A DNA stretch of 64,000 bases, from the NCBI GenBank assembly GCA_020852965.1, contig JADYZV010000052.1, forward strand, positions 20,989-84,988, given 5' to 3'. Below are positions 26,627 to 36,947 of this stretch, one piece after another. A model generated the notes under the pieces. The model did not search any database. It had not been told where the DNA came from and saw only the letters and a list, made by a program, of their open reading frames with translations. The number at the start of each line of letters is the position of its first letter. Positions within the stretch are counted from its first letter, which is position 1. A program made the position numbers and the translations under genes. The stretch is from Pirellulaceae bacterium. GTDB taxonomy: Bacteria; Planctomycetota; Planctomycetia; Pirellulales; Pirellulaceae.

Positions 26627-28171
26627 CTAACGAACACGGCAATCAAAGCTAATGACGCCACCGTCGCTCGGTTCGATGGGCTCTTCGATCTCCCATCGAA
26701 GCACCATCGAGCCGACTGGGTTTGGTTCGGCGGAGAAACGAACTCCGACACTGCACTGCTGGCTACCTTCAATATAGCTCAAACGTGGGGAAAGACTATC
26801 AATAATTACAGCGTTACCAAGTGGTTTCACCCCCGCGTTATCGAAGCGAATCGAAAAGCTAACGATATCTCCGGAATTAGCGATTGTATGGCTGGCCGCC
26901 TTGAAGATCCTCATCGCGCACTTGTCTGGCAGCTCGTATACGACGAAGTCCTGAGCAGCTTTGGTATCCTTGACCAGCAGAGCGGCTTGGTTGGAGATCT
27001 CCACTTCCAACGATTCGGGGATGACCCAAGTCTGAGCGTTGTGGATGAACTGTTGCATATCGACCAGTTCTTGGATAGTGATCAAGCCGGTGCGGGTCGG
27101 ATCAACCAGTTCAAACGGTACGCGGGCGGCACTCATGCGATAGAGCGGCTGGATTTGCTCCATCGGTGGTGTCACATAGTTCTCTTGAAAGGCATCGATC
27201 AAGCCGACTTGCTGCTCGCCATGCGGAGCCAACGGTTGAACCACGGTTCCGGCCAAATTATTCTCATCGAAGCGCTCAACACCGACGGGTGCCAATATGC
27301 GTTGCGTCCCTTGAGCTCGCATCGCCAACTGCAGACCAGATACTTGTCGAACGGCTCCGAAGCGCGGCGCGTAGATGGGTACTCGGTTCGTGGGTCGCAC
27401 GCACACGCTTCCTGCCAGCGTTTCGTAGTAGACGACCGTATCGGTTGGATCGACTCCGGCGGTCGACCAGTCCTCTTTGATGACAACCGCTGGTTGCTGA
27501 TCGCCACCATCGAAGATGTATTCTTGCGCATTGCGATAAGGTTCACGGAAGTTGTTGTGGGCGGTTGGTGCACAACAACTGTAGCCAGCAGCATGCACGC
27601 CAGTGGGGCAGCCTTGCACTGTCTCCAATTGTGCGGCGGGCACAATCTGCGCGTCGCTCAGGTAATAGTCATCCTCAGCAGATACGCTAGTGTCGTAGTT
27701 GGCATCACCGGAGGCAATTTCACCTACCGGAGTTTCGTAAGCGACCGGTACCACAGTCGCCAGGCTTGCTGCAGCGTCGGCCGCATGGTTCATCGAGCTT
27801 TGGCGCGCTGATGACAAGCTGGGGGTAGGTGTGATGTTGGCTGGCAGGTCGGCGAGCGGTGCACTGGCTGCTGAAGGCACTGTCTGCTGAGCCCACGGTG
27901 CTCCGCTGGGAAGTCCTCCGATCGATCCACAGCCCGCCAAAGTTGCCAACTGCGCAGCGAGCAGTGCGGCGAGTGTCTTCGCAAATATAGGGCGACTAGC
28001 TTGGCAATTTGAGCGGATTGGATGCGCGGTGCGGTCGCCGCGTCGACGCCGGTTTCGTTGTGCTGGTTCGTTGGGTTGCACTGGTCTCAGTCCTGATTGA
28101 TTGGCTGGCGAGTTGGGCCGGCAATTGTTCTTGAGTTTCTTCAATCCCCGCGATTCGGGGCAGGCTCGCAT
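26627..28171 (-). CDS. Putative lipoprotein with C-terminal DUF11-like domain (start uncertain)
   Basis: LAGC lipobox after a hydrophobic stretch. C-terminal SGDIVSFSIRFDNAG..IIDSLSPRLSYIEGS..LRWEI is DUF11-like. Confidence 0.75.
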   Translation of the reverse strand: MRACPESRGLKKLKNNCRPNSPANQSGLRPVQPNEPAQRNRRRRGDRTAHPIRSNCQASRPIFAKTLAALLAAQLATLAGCGSIGGLPSGAPWAQQTVPSAASAPLADLPANITPTPSLSSARQSSMNHAADAAASLATVVPVAYETPVGEIASGDANYDTSVSAEDDYYLSDAQIVPAAQLETVQGCPTGVHAAGYSCCAPTAHNNFREPYRNAQEYIFDGGDQQPAVVIKEDWSTAGVDPTDTVVYYETLAGSVCVRPTNRVPIYAPRFGAVRQVSGLQLAMRAQGTQRILAPVGVERFDENNLAGTVVQPLAPHGEQQVGLIDAFQENYVTPPMEQIQPLYRMSAARVPFELVDPTRTGLITIQELVDMQQFIHNAQTWVIPESLEVEISNQAALLVKDTKAAQDFVVYELPDKCAMRIFKAASHTIANSGDIVSFSIRFDNAGVKPLGNAVIIDSLSPRLSYIEGSQQCSVGVRFSAEPNPVGSMVLRWEIEEPIEPSDGGVISFDCRVR

Positions 28172-28190
28172 TGAGTTGAATAGCGAGTTT

Positions 28191-29015
28191 CTAAAATGGC
28201 AATCTGGGACTGTTTTCTAGTGGTGGTTCCGAGCGAGGCTTGTCGGTCGCTTCGCTGGGTATCACTTCAGGCCATTGCCCCGCTTCTAACAACGTTTGAC
28301 GATTGGGAGCGGTGATCAATGGAATCCATGGAGGGCAGCCGTATAGGAACTCTCGCAAATCGCCATTGGGATCGAGCGGAACGCGCGAACCTATGCGCAG
28401 GATGGCGACCGGCTTGCCAAGCTGATCGGCGACCTGCAAAGCGTTGTCCGAAGAAGGGACGTTGTACACGATTTGTGTCTCGGGCGTCGTGTCGGTCGGC
28501 TCGGCAATTTCGCTATCTTCCAAGTAGATCACGCGCGTGACCAAGCCGCCGTCGAGCGCCAAACGCAGGTCCTCTTCGGTCATGACAACTGGGATGGGAA
28601 AGCGATGCTCGCGTCCAGCCGGTGGGTAGATTCGATCGATGATTTCTAAGGTAGGATACAGTTCTTCACCGGGCCGAAACGGAATGTTGGTCACTCGGAA
28701 GCGATACACGCCGGCCACGAGCATCCCGGTGATAACCGGTGCATCGATCGGCTGAAGAAACTGTCCATCGCGGGCGAGTGCAATCTTCAATGCTTTAGGA
28801 CCCGAAAGCGACACGGCCTGGAAGGTCCCCACGCCTCGCGCACCCCGAGCGACTTGGGCTCCGGCGACAGCGCCGGGCGTCTGATTGGCATCCAGGAAAT
28901 AGTGTACGTTGGGTAGAGCTCGCGATTGCGCGGCTACGGTAGAGCAGAGCAGGGGGGGGATCGCCCCTACCAGGCAACACAACTTGACAAAATGCAAAAT
29001 GAGCAACTTGTGCAT
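28191..29015 (-). CDS. Secreted hypothetical protein, paralogous domain shared with the upstream gene
   Basis: Signal-like N-terminus at MHKLL; YRFRVTNIPFRPGEELYPTLE...VTRVIYLED. Confidence 0.75.
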   Translation of the reverse strand: MHKLLILHFVKLCCLVGAIPPLLCSTVAAQSRALPNVHYFLDANQTPGAVAGAQVARGARGVGTFQAVSLSGPKALKIALARDGQFLQPIDAPVITGMLVAGVYRFRVTNIPFRPGEELYPTLEIIDRIYPPAGREHRFPIPVVMTEEDLRLALDGGLVTRVIYLEDSEIAEPTDTTPETQIVYNVPSSDNALQVADQLGKPVAILRIGSRVPLDPNGDLREFLYGCPPWIPLITAPNRQTLLEAGQWPEVIPSEATDKPRSEPPLENSPRLPF

Positions 29016-29340
29016 GTTGGACCTCGGGTAATAGCCACTGTTTAAACAAAAAACTCTGCGCATGAACCCAACCCAGGTTATGCAGTTCGATAAGAAAAAG
29101 CGGTGCGAGAGGCAAAACCTCTCGACCGCCTCACTCATTGAACTTCGCTTGGCTGCTGTCTCGTCTGCATTGCTCTGTATTTTCTCTGCCGAACAGCGTG
29201 CGGTAGGTGTTCGTACGGCAAGTACAGTCACACCGTCGCTGATGGATCGAGCGCGTCTAAACATTGCAAACTGAACCCGCGTGCCACGCTCCGCCCGTCA
29301 GTCAGACCCAAACCAGACGGAGCGCGACGTTTACCATTTT

Positions 29341-30528
29341 CTATTCAGGGGGGCAGTAGGCTGCACCCGAAGCACCCGGTACCGCTTGGCTGCCGCGATT
29401 GTATGCGGGGACGCCAGTAGGAACGCCGGGATGAATATTCCGTTCGTGAATGTTCACGCGACTGACCGGTTGCGGATAGCTTTGGCCAGGCGTTTGACGC
29501 ACGTTGATCTTGACGTTCTTGACAGGATCGGGAATGTTCATCGAAGTGCGATTGCGCATCGTGTGGCTCATCAATCCTGCGGGCGAACCGAGTGGAATGT
29601 GAGGAGGACCAGGCAGTCCAATCGGAGTACCCGTGTAGGTCATGCCATACTCGGGTGCTGTAACACCGGCCACATAGCCAGGCAACGATGCAGGTACGCC
29701 ACCAGGTACCGGGCAGCCATCGGGACCGCACATCATGGGCATGCCACCCATCATGGCCATTCCGCCTTCGCTGACACCGGACAATTCGATGTCTTTATTG
29801 CCGACGCGGACGATGGCTAGGATCGATCCGCGACGATCCGCTTCGACGATTGGGTCGAGGCCTGGTTCGAGTCGATTGCTCACAAGCACATCGACACCTA
29901 CCAGCGCGTCACCTTGGAATTCAGGATCGGGCAGGTAGATAACTTTGGTAACGAAGTTCCCCGACAGGACTTGTTCGAAGTCGTCGGTGGTGAACTGAAC
30001 GGGAATTGCATTGTGAGCCAGGTAGGCTGCTGTGCGAGGATTGCCGTTGGCAACTTCGATCGTTGGGTAGAGCTCTACACCTTCACGACCTTGGATGTTG
30101 GTCAACTTCATACGGTAGATTCCCCCTTGCGGGAATTCGAGCCGGCCTGGGACGTATAGCGGTTCGCTACCGAAGCTACCGTCACCGGCCACATCGTAGA
30201 GAAGCTGCATACCTTCTGGCCGATTGAATAGCACTTGGACTTTGGCACCCAAGCCTCCACCCATCATCATGCCACCCATGCCCGGAGCACCGCCACCGTC
30301 GCCGGCACAGGCCACGCAGCTAGCAGGCACTACGCCCCCCATACCGGGGCCGCCGGGGCCCGTTCCTGGACCACCTTGCATACCAAGTACTCCCGGCCCT
30401 GGACCACCGACACCTGGGCCGGGCTCCAGCAGACGCTGTGCGGGCGGCAGGTTGTGCCTGACCGGAGTGCAGCCAGTAAAGCAGCCACAGGCCACCATGG
30501 CTAGCGTTAGGAAAACACGCATTTTCAT
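29341..30528 (-). CDS. Putative lipoprotein, Gly/Pro-rich, with the shared planctomycete-type domain
   Basis: FTGC lipobox; YRMKLTNIQGREGVELYPTIE...VTKVIYLPD. Confidence 0.75.
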   Translation of the reverse strand: MKMRVFLTLAMVACGCFTGCTPVRHNLPPAQRLLEPGPGVGGPGPGVLGMQGGPGTGPGGPGMGGVVPASCVACAGDGGGAPGMGGMMMGGGLGAKVQVLFNRPEGMQLLYDVAGDGSFGSEPLYVPGRLEFPQGGIYRMKLTNIQGREGVELYPTIEVANGNPRTAAYLAHNAIPVQFTTDDFEQVLSGNFVTKVIYLPDPEFQGDALVGVDVLVSNRLEPGLDPIVEADRRGSILAIVRVGNKDIELSGVSEGGMAMMGGMPMMCGPDGCPVPGGVPASLPGYVAGVTAPEYGMTYTGTPIGLPGPPHIPLGSPAGLMSHTMRNRTSMNIPDPVKNVKINVRQTPGQSYPQPVSRVNIHERNIHPGVPTGVPAYNRGSQAVPGASGAAYCPPE

Positions 30529-30813
30529 GCTCAACCCCCTAAATTTTGGCGAAACGACCGGTTTCGAGTCGGGCGTTCGCCGCCAATCGAAACGTTCCTG
30601 AGTGAGTTTCAAACATGGCAATCGGCCTGGAGTAGATCTCCGGGCTGATTCACCTGGACGTGCCACCGGCCCTGCGCTTAATATCCGCGCTGAGTGTAGG
30701 AGGCATGACCGCTGCTCACGAGGAAACGTAATTTCCGCGCTTGCGCTATGTCCGTGGCTATATGTTCGTCCTAGTAGTACCGTTTTCTTTGATAAATCCG
30801 GCATAACCCGACT

Positions 30814-31902
30814 ATGTGGAGCAGATTATCCATTGCGAATAGCAGCATTGACGCATCTCCTCGACGCGTTTGCGGCTCGCCATTCCGCCCAGTTTCGCAG
30901 ATTTATCGACCTGCCATCGTTCTGTTATTGCTAGCCATCTGGCAACTGCTTTTCGTCCAGCCGCCGGCTACTGCCCAAGAGCTCGCCCAGCAGTCATCCC
31001 ACGAGCCGTCCCAAAACCAAACAGAGACCCAGGCATCAGGCTCTCCGCGCCCGATCGCGGCGACGCATTCGGCGCGCCAGGTTGCAGCACAAATTCTGCA
31101 GCAGTCGATTTTGCAAAGTGTTTGGGGGCCACCCGCCTACTGTGTCGTGCGACAATCGGTAACCCTGTTCGACAAGCAGCTCAACGGAGTCGGCAAATAC
31201 GTCCGAGGAGGGCAGGGGAGTGGAAAGCTCAAATTCGACTTGCGCATGCCCGCCGGAGATCAAATCAATACGCTACTTCAAGTCAGTGATGGACAGCGGC
31301 TGCTCTCGATAGAAGCCATCGGTGACGTCCGTCGCCGCACCGAAGTCGACTTAGGCAAGGTTCGTCCACGCTTGGTGTTGACCAATGAGTCGCTGCGCGA
31401 CCCAGTAGTGGCCATGTACTTGGCCATCGGTGGGCAAGCCGAAACGCTGCGCAAGATCTATCAGAAGTACGATTGGGTGTCCGTTCGCGAAGGCAAGCTT
31501 GGAGATATTCCCGTTTGGTGGCTCGGAGGTCGCGTTCCACCGATCCCGGTCAACATTCGTTCCATTGCCGAGGTCGATAACTTGATGTTCGTCGAAAACA
31601 ACTCGGGGCTGCTGCCGACGCACATTGAGATCGCCATTGGTAAGGCCGATGCCCCTCTCCCTTTCTGGCTGTATCAAATGGAACAGGGGCGCGCATCCGA
31701 TGAACTAAGCCCGCTAGCGAGAAGTGAAAAACTGCGTATTGTTACCGAATGGGCGACTCCAATCGTGTTGACCGCCGATCAAATGCCCGACTCGCTGTTT
31801 GATCCTCCGTCGAGCAATGAACCTTTGTTCGACGAGACCGATCGCTATCTACCACCCGCCACCTCCGTGGCAGCCGCTCCCACCCCCGAAACTCTGCGCT
31901 AG
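30814..31902 (+). CDS. Exported hypothetical protein, possibly LolA-like fold
   Basis: Signal/TM segment followed by a beta-rich pattern (VRQSV..GKY..KFDLRM..QVSDGQ). The fold call is inference only. Confidence 0.65.
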   Translation: MWSRLSIANSSIDASPRRVCGSPFRPVSQIYRPAIVLLLLAIWQLLFVQPPATAQELAQQSSHEPSQNQTETQASGSPRPIAATHSARQVAAQILQQSILQSVWGPPAYCVVRQSVTLFDKQLNGVGKYVRGGQGSGKLKFDLRMPAGDQINTLLQVSDGQRLLSIEAIGDVRRRTEVDLGKVRPRLVLTNESLRDPVVAMYLAIGGQAETLRKIYQKYDWVSVREGKLGDIPVWWLGGRVPPIPVNIRSIAEVDNLMFVENNSGLLPTHIEIAIGKADAPLPFWLYQMEQGRASDELSPLARSEKLRIVTEWATPIVLTADQMPDSLFDPPSSNEPLFDETDRYLPPATSVAAAPTPETLR

Positions 31903-32061
31903 ACCTTGTCCGGGTATTCGAAACCGTTCACGAATTTAGTGATATGGAGCGATTTGAGAATACCGTGATCCGCTTGTAGGCTCGCCAGGCGTGCGAAAAA
32001 CGGTATCGTTATGAGGGTAACCAGGGGTAGCGAACAAGCCTGTCGAACGAAAAGCCCAACG

Positions 32062-33699
32062 ATGACGAACAACCATGGTCCCTCTCGCCGCGCCGATGCA
32101 GCAACCCAGCGGGGTTCGCTGCGACCAGGCCTAAGCATTTCTGCAAGTCTCTGTTTGATTCTGGCATGCGGGTTGATCATGGCCGCGGGTTGGGGAATTC
32201 GCGGGTCTTTTGGCCACTCACGCGGTGCAATGATGCCCGGTGCCATGTTGGGATTGACGCTGGCGGCTTGCTCCATGCGCAGCGATTGGTGGCAGCGCTC
32301 GGCTATCTTGGGCTTCTTGGCGATGATCGGATGGGGTTTTGGCGGAGTCAGCAGTTATGGTCTGCTAATTGGCTACAGTATGGGAGGAACCTATACCAAC
32401 AGTCTGTATGGACTTTCGAGTCTGTTCTTGGTGGGGAGTCTCTACTGCGGAATTGGTGCCGGCTTTCTAGCATTAGGCTTGACCGAGCGTCGTCGCCTGC
32501 TCGAGTCTGCCGTGATACCGATGGTCGCCATCTATGCTACCTGGCTGTTGCTCGAGTTCAGTGGAGCGACCGCCTGGGGACACGCACGCTTTGCAAAACC
32601 ATCGTCGGACTCCTTGCAAACCACTTGGCTCTACGACGTGCTATGGCTACCAAGCTTGGCGGCACTGCTCTATGGCGCGGTCTTCGCCATCGGCCCAGCA
32701 AAATATCGCGAGGTAGGTCGACTTGTCTTCCTGCTATCCGCTGGTTGGTGGCTCGCCACCGCCGTGCTGATCGGCCTGTTAGGACTGCGGATCAATCCGG
32801 GACGCAGCGATGCCTGGGCAGGTTGCTTGGGAGTTCAGTTGGCCCTGATCGTTTTTCTTTGGCGACGAAACAATCGGGCAGGACTAATGCTCACCAGCTA
32901 CGGCATGTTGTCGGGAGGTTTGGGTTTTGCTCTTGGTGATTTCATTCAGGCATTGGGACGTGCGAAGTGGGGGCCGATCGGACGGTTTCCAGCTTTGCAG
33001 GAGTTCGGCTACTGGACCGTCATGGAGCAGTTTTTTGGACTCTGCATGGGAGTCGGGGTCGGGCTAGCAGCCGTGCGCCTAATTCGAGGTCGACTTGCGC
33101 GCCCCGACGATGATAGTGACTCTCCCTGGTTGAATGGCTTTTCAGTTTTTTGTCTGCTGGGGCTATTATTCGCGATCAACTCCCGCACCAACATCGCCGC
33201 TTGGCTCAAGGCGGAAACAATGCCCGAATTGGCGATGGGCTATTCCTCGGTAGGCATTCTATGGGTATGTCGCGTGCTGGCTCTAGCTTGGCTGTTATTT
33301 GCTATCGTGCGGGTAATTCGCGGCAAGCTGGACTGTTTGCCGCCGAGTGCCATGGGTAGGTCTCAAACGCTATGCGTTTTGGTGACCGGCATGGTGCTCA
33401 GTTTGTATTTGATGCTGCCCGGTCTGCCCCTGCCAACAGTGTTGATGTTTTTCGTGGCCTTAGGGATAGGCTTGGCAATTGTGATCAGCCTCCCCAAGCA
33501 AGAACTGGAGGTTGAGGCGGCGGGGGTACAAGTTGCCGCAGATGCGCCCGCGTGGAATTTGGGGTGGAAGCACTGGGGGCTATGGTGCTTGACCCCAAGT
33601 GCGTTGCTTTTATTGGCTCGCGGTGTGATGCATCTGGACATACCGGTTAAGCAAATCCGTTTTCCTGTCCCGCTTCCCGATGGCCGACCTATCAATTAA
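32062..33699 (+). CDS. Polytopic membrane protein of unknown function
   Basis: More than 12 hydrophobic Gly-rich helices; GWGIRGSFGH..GAM.PG motif. Confidence 0.75.
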   Translation: MTNNHGPSRRADAATQRGSLRPGLSISASLCLILACGLIMAAGWGIRGSFGHSRGAMMPGAMLGLTLAACSMRSDWWQRSAILGFLAMIGWGFGGVSSYGLLIGYSMGGTYTNSLYGLSSLFLVGSLYCGIGAGFLALGLTERRRLLESAVIPMVAIYATWLLLEFSGATAWGHARFAKPSSDSLQTTWLYDVLWLPSLAALLYGAVFAIGPAKYREVGRLVFLLSAGWWLATAVLIGLLGLRINPGRSDAWAGCLGVQLALIVFLWRRNNRAGLMLTSYGMLSGGLGFALGDFIQALGRAKWGPIGRFPALQEFGYWTVMEQFFGLCMGVGVGLAAVRLIRGRLARPDDDSDSPWLNGFSVFCLLGLLFAINSRTNIAAWLKAETMPELAMGYSSVGILWVCRVLALAWLLFAIVRVIRGKLDCLPPSAMGRSQTLCVLVTGMVLSLYLMLPGLPLPTVLMFFVALGIGLAIVISLPKQELEVEAAGVQVAADAPAWNLGWKHWGLWCLTPSALLLLARGVMHLDIPVKQIRFPVPLPDGRPIN

Positions 33700-33747
33700 A
33701 CTTAGTGTCTGGGTAACTTAAACTGTTTATCTGTTGGAAATCGATCC

Positions 33748-34767
33748 GTGATTAAGACATTGGCTGTGGTAGGTGCGACCGGTGCGGTAGGCCAGATTGT
33801 GCTCGATGAAATCGTGCGTCAAGGGCTGCAATACGAGACGCTGCGGTTGCTGGCATCGAGCCGTTCGGCGGGGCAAGTGGTCACGGTAGCTGGTCGAGAC
33901 ATCACCGTGGAACGGCTCGCTCGCGAGTCGTTTGCCGGCGTCGACGTGGTTATCGCCAGTACCCCCGATGAAGTGGCGGCCGAATTCATTCCGTGGGCCG
34001 TAGAAGCGGGTGCCACCGTGGTCGACGAAAGTGGCTACTTCCGCATGGACCCCAAAGTCCCGTTGATCATTCCTGAGGTAAATGCCGAGGATGTCGACCA
34101 CCATCAAGGTATCATCTCCAGCCCCAATTGCAGTACGACCCAGATGGTCGTGGCCCTCAAGCCCTTGTATGACGCTGCGGGGCTGAAACGCGTTGTCGTC
34201 AGCACCTATCAGGCGGTCAGTGGTGCCGGCTTGGCCGCCCAACAAGAACTGCTCGACAACACGCAGGCCCGGATCAATGGACAACCTCTGGGCCCGAAGA
34301 TTTTTCAGCACGATATCGCGCTCAACCTCATTCCGCAAATCGGCTCGCATAAGCAGGACGGGTTCACTTCGGAAGAGATGAAGATGGTTCGCGAAACCCA
34401 TAAGATCCTGGGTGACGACACCATCGCTATCAACGCGACTTGCGTTCGCGTCCCCGTACTGATTGGGCATAGTGAATCGATCTATTGCGAAACCGATCAA
34501 CCGCTGTCGCTCGAACAGATTCGTGAATTGTTTCGCAACGCACCTGGTGTTAAGTTGATCGATGACTTGGCAGCCCAGCAGTATCCGATGCCGCGCGAGT
34601 GCGCCGCGAGCCCCGATGTTTTTGTCGGTCGCGTGCGGAAGGACCTGAACCATCCTTGTGGTATTAGCTTCTGGTGTGTCAGCGATAACTTGCGCAAAGG
34701 TGCGGCCACCAACGCGGTGCAGATCGGCAAGTTGCTGGCAGACAGATTTGCCAATGTCCTCAGTTGA
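33748..34767 (+). CDS. asd: Aspartate-semialdehyde dehydrogenase
   Basis: VGATGAVG, SPNCST, STYQAVSGAG, TCVRVPV..GHSE and DNLRKGAATNAVQI. Confidence 0.97.
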   Translation: MIKTLAVVGATGAVGQIVLDEIVRQGLQYETLRLLASSRSAGQVVTVAGRDITVERLARESFAGVDVVIASTPDEVAAEFIPWAVEAGATVVDESGYFRMDPKVPLIIPEVNAEDVDHHQGIISSPNCSTTQMVVALKPLYDAAGLKRVVVSTYQAVSGAGLAAQQELLDNTQARINGQPLGPKIFQHDIALNLIPQIGSHKQDGFTSEEMKMVRETHKILGDDTIAINATCVRVPVLIGHSESIYCETDQPLSLEQIRELFRNAPGVKLIDDLAAQQYPMPRECAASPDVFVGRVRKDLNHPCGISFWCVSDNLRKGAATNAVQIGKLLADRFANVLS

Positions 34768-35638
34768 ACCGATCCGCATGGTTTCAAACGGTGCGCCAGC
34801 TATTGGTAGCCCTAAATCTATTGGTGGCTCAGCCGCGATCGAAGCTGAAGTCATCGCGGCAGCGAGCGGCGGCGTGTCACCACCACAACGCTGTTTTCGA
34901 TTAACGCTAGCCTACGACGGCACCAACTACTTTGGCTGGCAGCGGCAACCGCGGCATCCTAGTGTCCAAGCTGCGGTGGAGAAGGCGATTTGCGCCATCA
35001 CGGGTGATAAGCAGACGCATGCTTGGGCGAGCAGTCGCACCGACACCGGCGTGCATGCCTTGGGGCAGTCGGCCGTATTCACCAGTGCCGGCTGGCCGGC
35101 TCCGGCTGACCGCATCCCACTGGCAATCAACACCAAGCTGCCGATGGATATCGTCGTGCGGGACGCCGTGGAAGTTCCCTTGCGTTTCAATCCACTTCGA
35201 TTGAGCACCGGCAAACGCTATCGCTATCAAGTCTATTCGGCGCGCAAGCCCGATCCAATCGGTGCGCGAACGCAGTGGTGGGTACCGCAGCTCATGCAAT
35301 TACCACCCATGCTCTCTGCGGCCCAACGGTTCCTGGGCGCGCATGACTTTGCCGCGTTTCAAACCTCCGGTAGTCCACGCTCGACGACCATTCGAGAAGT
35401 TCGCGAGCTGACAATCGAAGCGATCGAACACATGGACGGAACGCGGTATACCATCGAAGTCGAAGCGAGCGGCTTTCTCTACAACATGGTGCGCAATATT
35501 GTAGGAACTTTGGTCCAAATCGGCGTGGGGCGAAAGCCGCCCGAGTGGGTTACTGAGGTGTTGGCCTCGCGCGATCGTCGCCAGGCCGGACAGACGGCTC
35601 CAGCATGCGGCCTGTTCTTGTTGGAGGTTAAATACTAA
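34754..35638 (+). CDS. truA: tRNA pseudouridine(38-40) synthase (start uncertain)
   Basis: LAYDGTNYFGWQRQ, SRTDTGVHALGQ, GAHDFAAF and FLYNMVRNIVG. Confidence 0.95.
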   Translation: MSSVEPIRMVSNGAPAIGSPKSIGGSAAIEAEVIAAASGGVSPPQRCFRLTLAYDGTNYFGWQRQPRHPSVQAAVEKAICAITGDKQTHAWASSRTDTGVHALGQSAVFTSAGWPAPADRIPLAINTKLPMDIVVRDAVEVPLRFNPLRLSTGKRYRYQVYSARKPDPIGARTQWWVPQLMQLPPMLSAAQRFLGAHDFAAFQTSGSPRSTTIREVRELTIEAIEHMDGTRYTIEVEASGFLYNMVRNIVGTLVQIGVGRKPPEWVTEVLASRDRRQAGQTAPACGLFLLEVKY

Positions 35639-36798
35639 TGCGCGTCGCCCATATCATTACGCGCATGATCGTCGGCGGCGCTCAGGAGAACACGCTCTAC
35701 AATTGTCTCGACTTGATGGAGGACTTTAGAGACGAGGTGCTGTTGATTACTGGCCCAGCCCTTGGCCCCGAAGGCAAACTGCTGGAACAGGGGAGGGCAG
35801 GGGGGCTGCCGATCCGTTTCATCGACTCTCTGCGCCGCCAGATTCATCCACTGCGGGATATGGCCAGCTACCGTGCGCTCCAACAGGTGCTGCGCGAATT
35901 CAAGCCGGATGTGGTTCACACGCATAGCGCCAAAGCCGGCCTGCTGGGGCGCGCTGCCGCTTGGAGTATCCATGTTCCACTGGTGATTCATACCGTACAC
36001 GGTGCGCCATTCCATCCCTACCAAAATGCACTGGCACGTCAGACGTTCATGCGTTTGGAGCGCTGGGCCGGTCGCCGCTGCCATCACTTGATCAGTGTGG
36101 CCGATGCCATGACCGAGCTAATGGTCGCAGCACGCGTCGCGCCGCGCAGTAAGTTCACCACGATCTACTCCGGCATGGATGTCGAGCCGTTCATCGCTTG
36201 TCGCCAGTTGGCCGAAGCGGCTCGAGCCGAATTGCAATTTACCGATGAAGACATTGTGGTAGGGAAGATCGCCAGACTGTTTCATTTGAAAGGGCACGAG
36301 TACTTGATCGATGCGGCCCAATCGGTGGTGGCTCGCAATCCGCGTGTCCGCTTCCTGCTCGTCGGTGATGGCGTCTTGCGCGCACAGTACGAACGACGAA
36401 TCGCAGAGCTAGGATTAACCAAGCACTTCGTATTCACCGGCTTGGTTCCGCCCGAGCGTGTGCCCTATTATTTGAGCGCCATGGACGTGCTGGTGCATAC
36501 TAGCTTGAGAGAAGGACTAGCACGCACGTTGCCCCAAGCACTGATTGCCGGCAAGCCGGTTGTCAGCTACGACGTCGATGGAGCGCGTGAAGTAGTGCTG
36601 CCTGGGGAAACAGGTTTCCTGCTACCGCCCAAGAGCGTTGCACCGCTGGCCGAAGCCATTCTGGAGTTAGCCAGTGACAGCTCGCTGCGAAGCAGGCTAG
36701 GGGAGAGGGGCGCGACACGTTTTACGGAGCAATTTCGTCACCAGTTGATGAGCCAGCGTATACGGCAGTTGTACCTTGACAAGAGAGCCGAGAGCTAG
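35638..36798 (+). CDS. Glycosyltransferase family 4
   Basis: GGAQENT, VHTHSAKAG and EGLARTLPQA..GKPVV. Confidence 0.9.
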   Translation: MRVAHIITRMIVGGAQENTLYNCLDLMEDFRDEVLLITGPALGPEGKLLEQGRAGGLPIRFIDSLRRQIHPLRDMASYRALQQVLREFKPDVVHTHSAKAGLLGRAAAWSIHVPLVIHTVHGAPFHPYQNALARQTFMRLERWAGRRCHHLISVADAMTELMVAARVAPRSKFTTIYSGMDVEPFIACRQLAEAARAELQFTDEDIVVGKIARLFHLKGHEYLIDAAQSVVARNPRVRFLLVGDGVLRAQYERRIAELGLTKHFVFTGLVPPERVPYYLSAMDVLVHTSLREGLARTLPQALIAGKPVVSYDVDGAREVVLPGETGFLLPPKSVAPLAEAILELASDSSLRSRLGERGATRFTEQFRHQLMSQRIRQLYLDKRAES

Positions 36799-36886
36799 GA
36801 GTTGGGAGCTGGGAGTGGAGGAGCTGGGAGTCTCCACTCCTCCACTCCTCCCCTCCCAGCTCCCGGCACTCCCAGCTCCCGGCACT
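36793..36886. repeat. Inverted low-complexity heptamer block, (GGGAGCT)n ... (AGCTCCC)n
   Basis: Read directly; can fold into a long imperfect hairpin. Confidence 0.75.
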
Positions 36887-36947
36887 CAGCGATTTGACTT
36901 AGAATGAACGACCACCGAAACAGCCTTTACCAGCGATTGAACACCCC

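Noticed and set aside
33727-34854. Long antisense ORFs (also 768-1781, 26564-27811, 38282-39175, 43641-44621, 49009-49959)
   Set aside because: Shadow frames opposite well-supported genes, typical of GC-rich codon usage.
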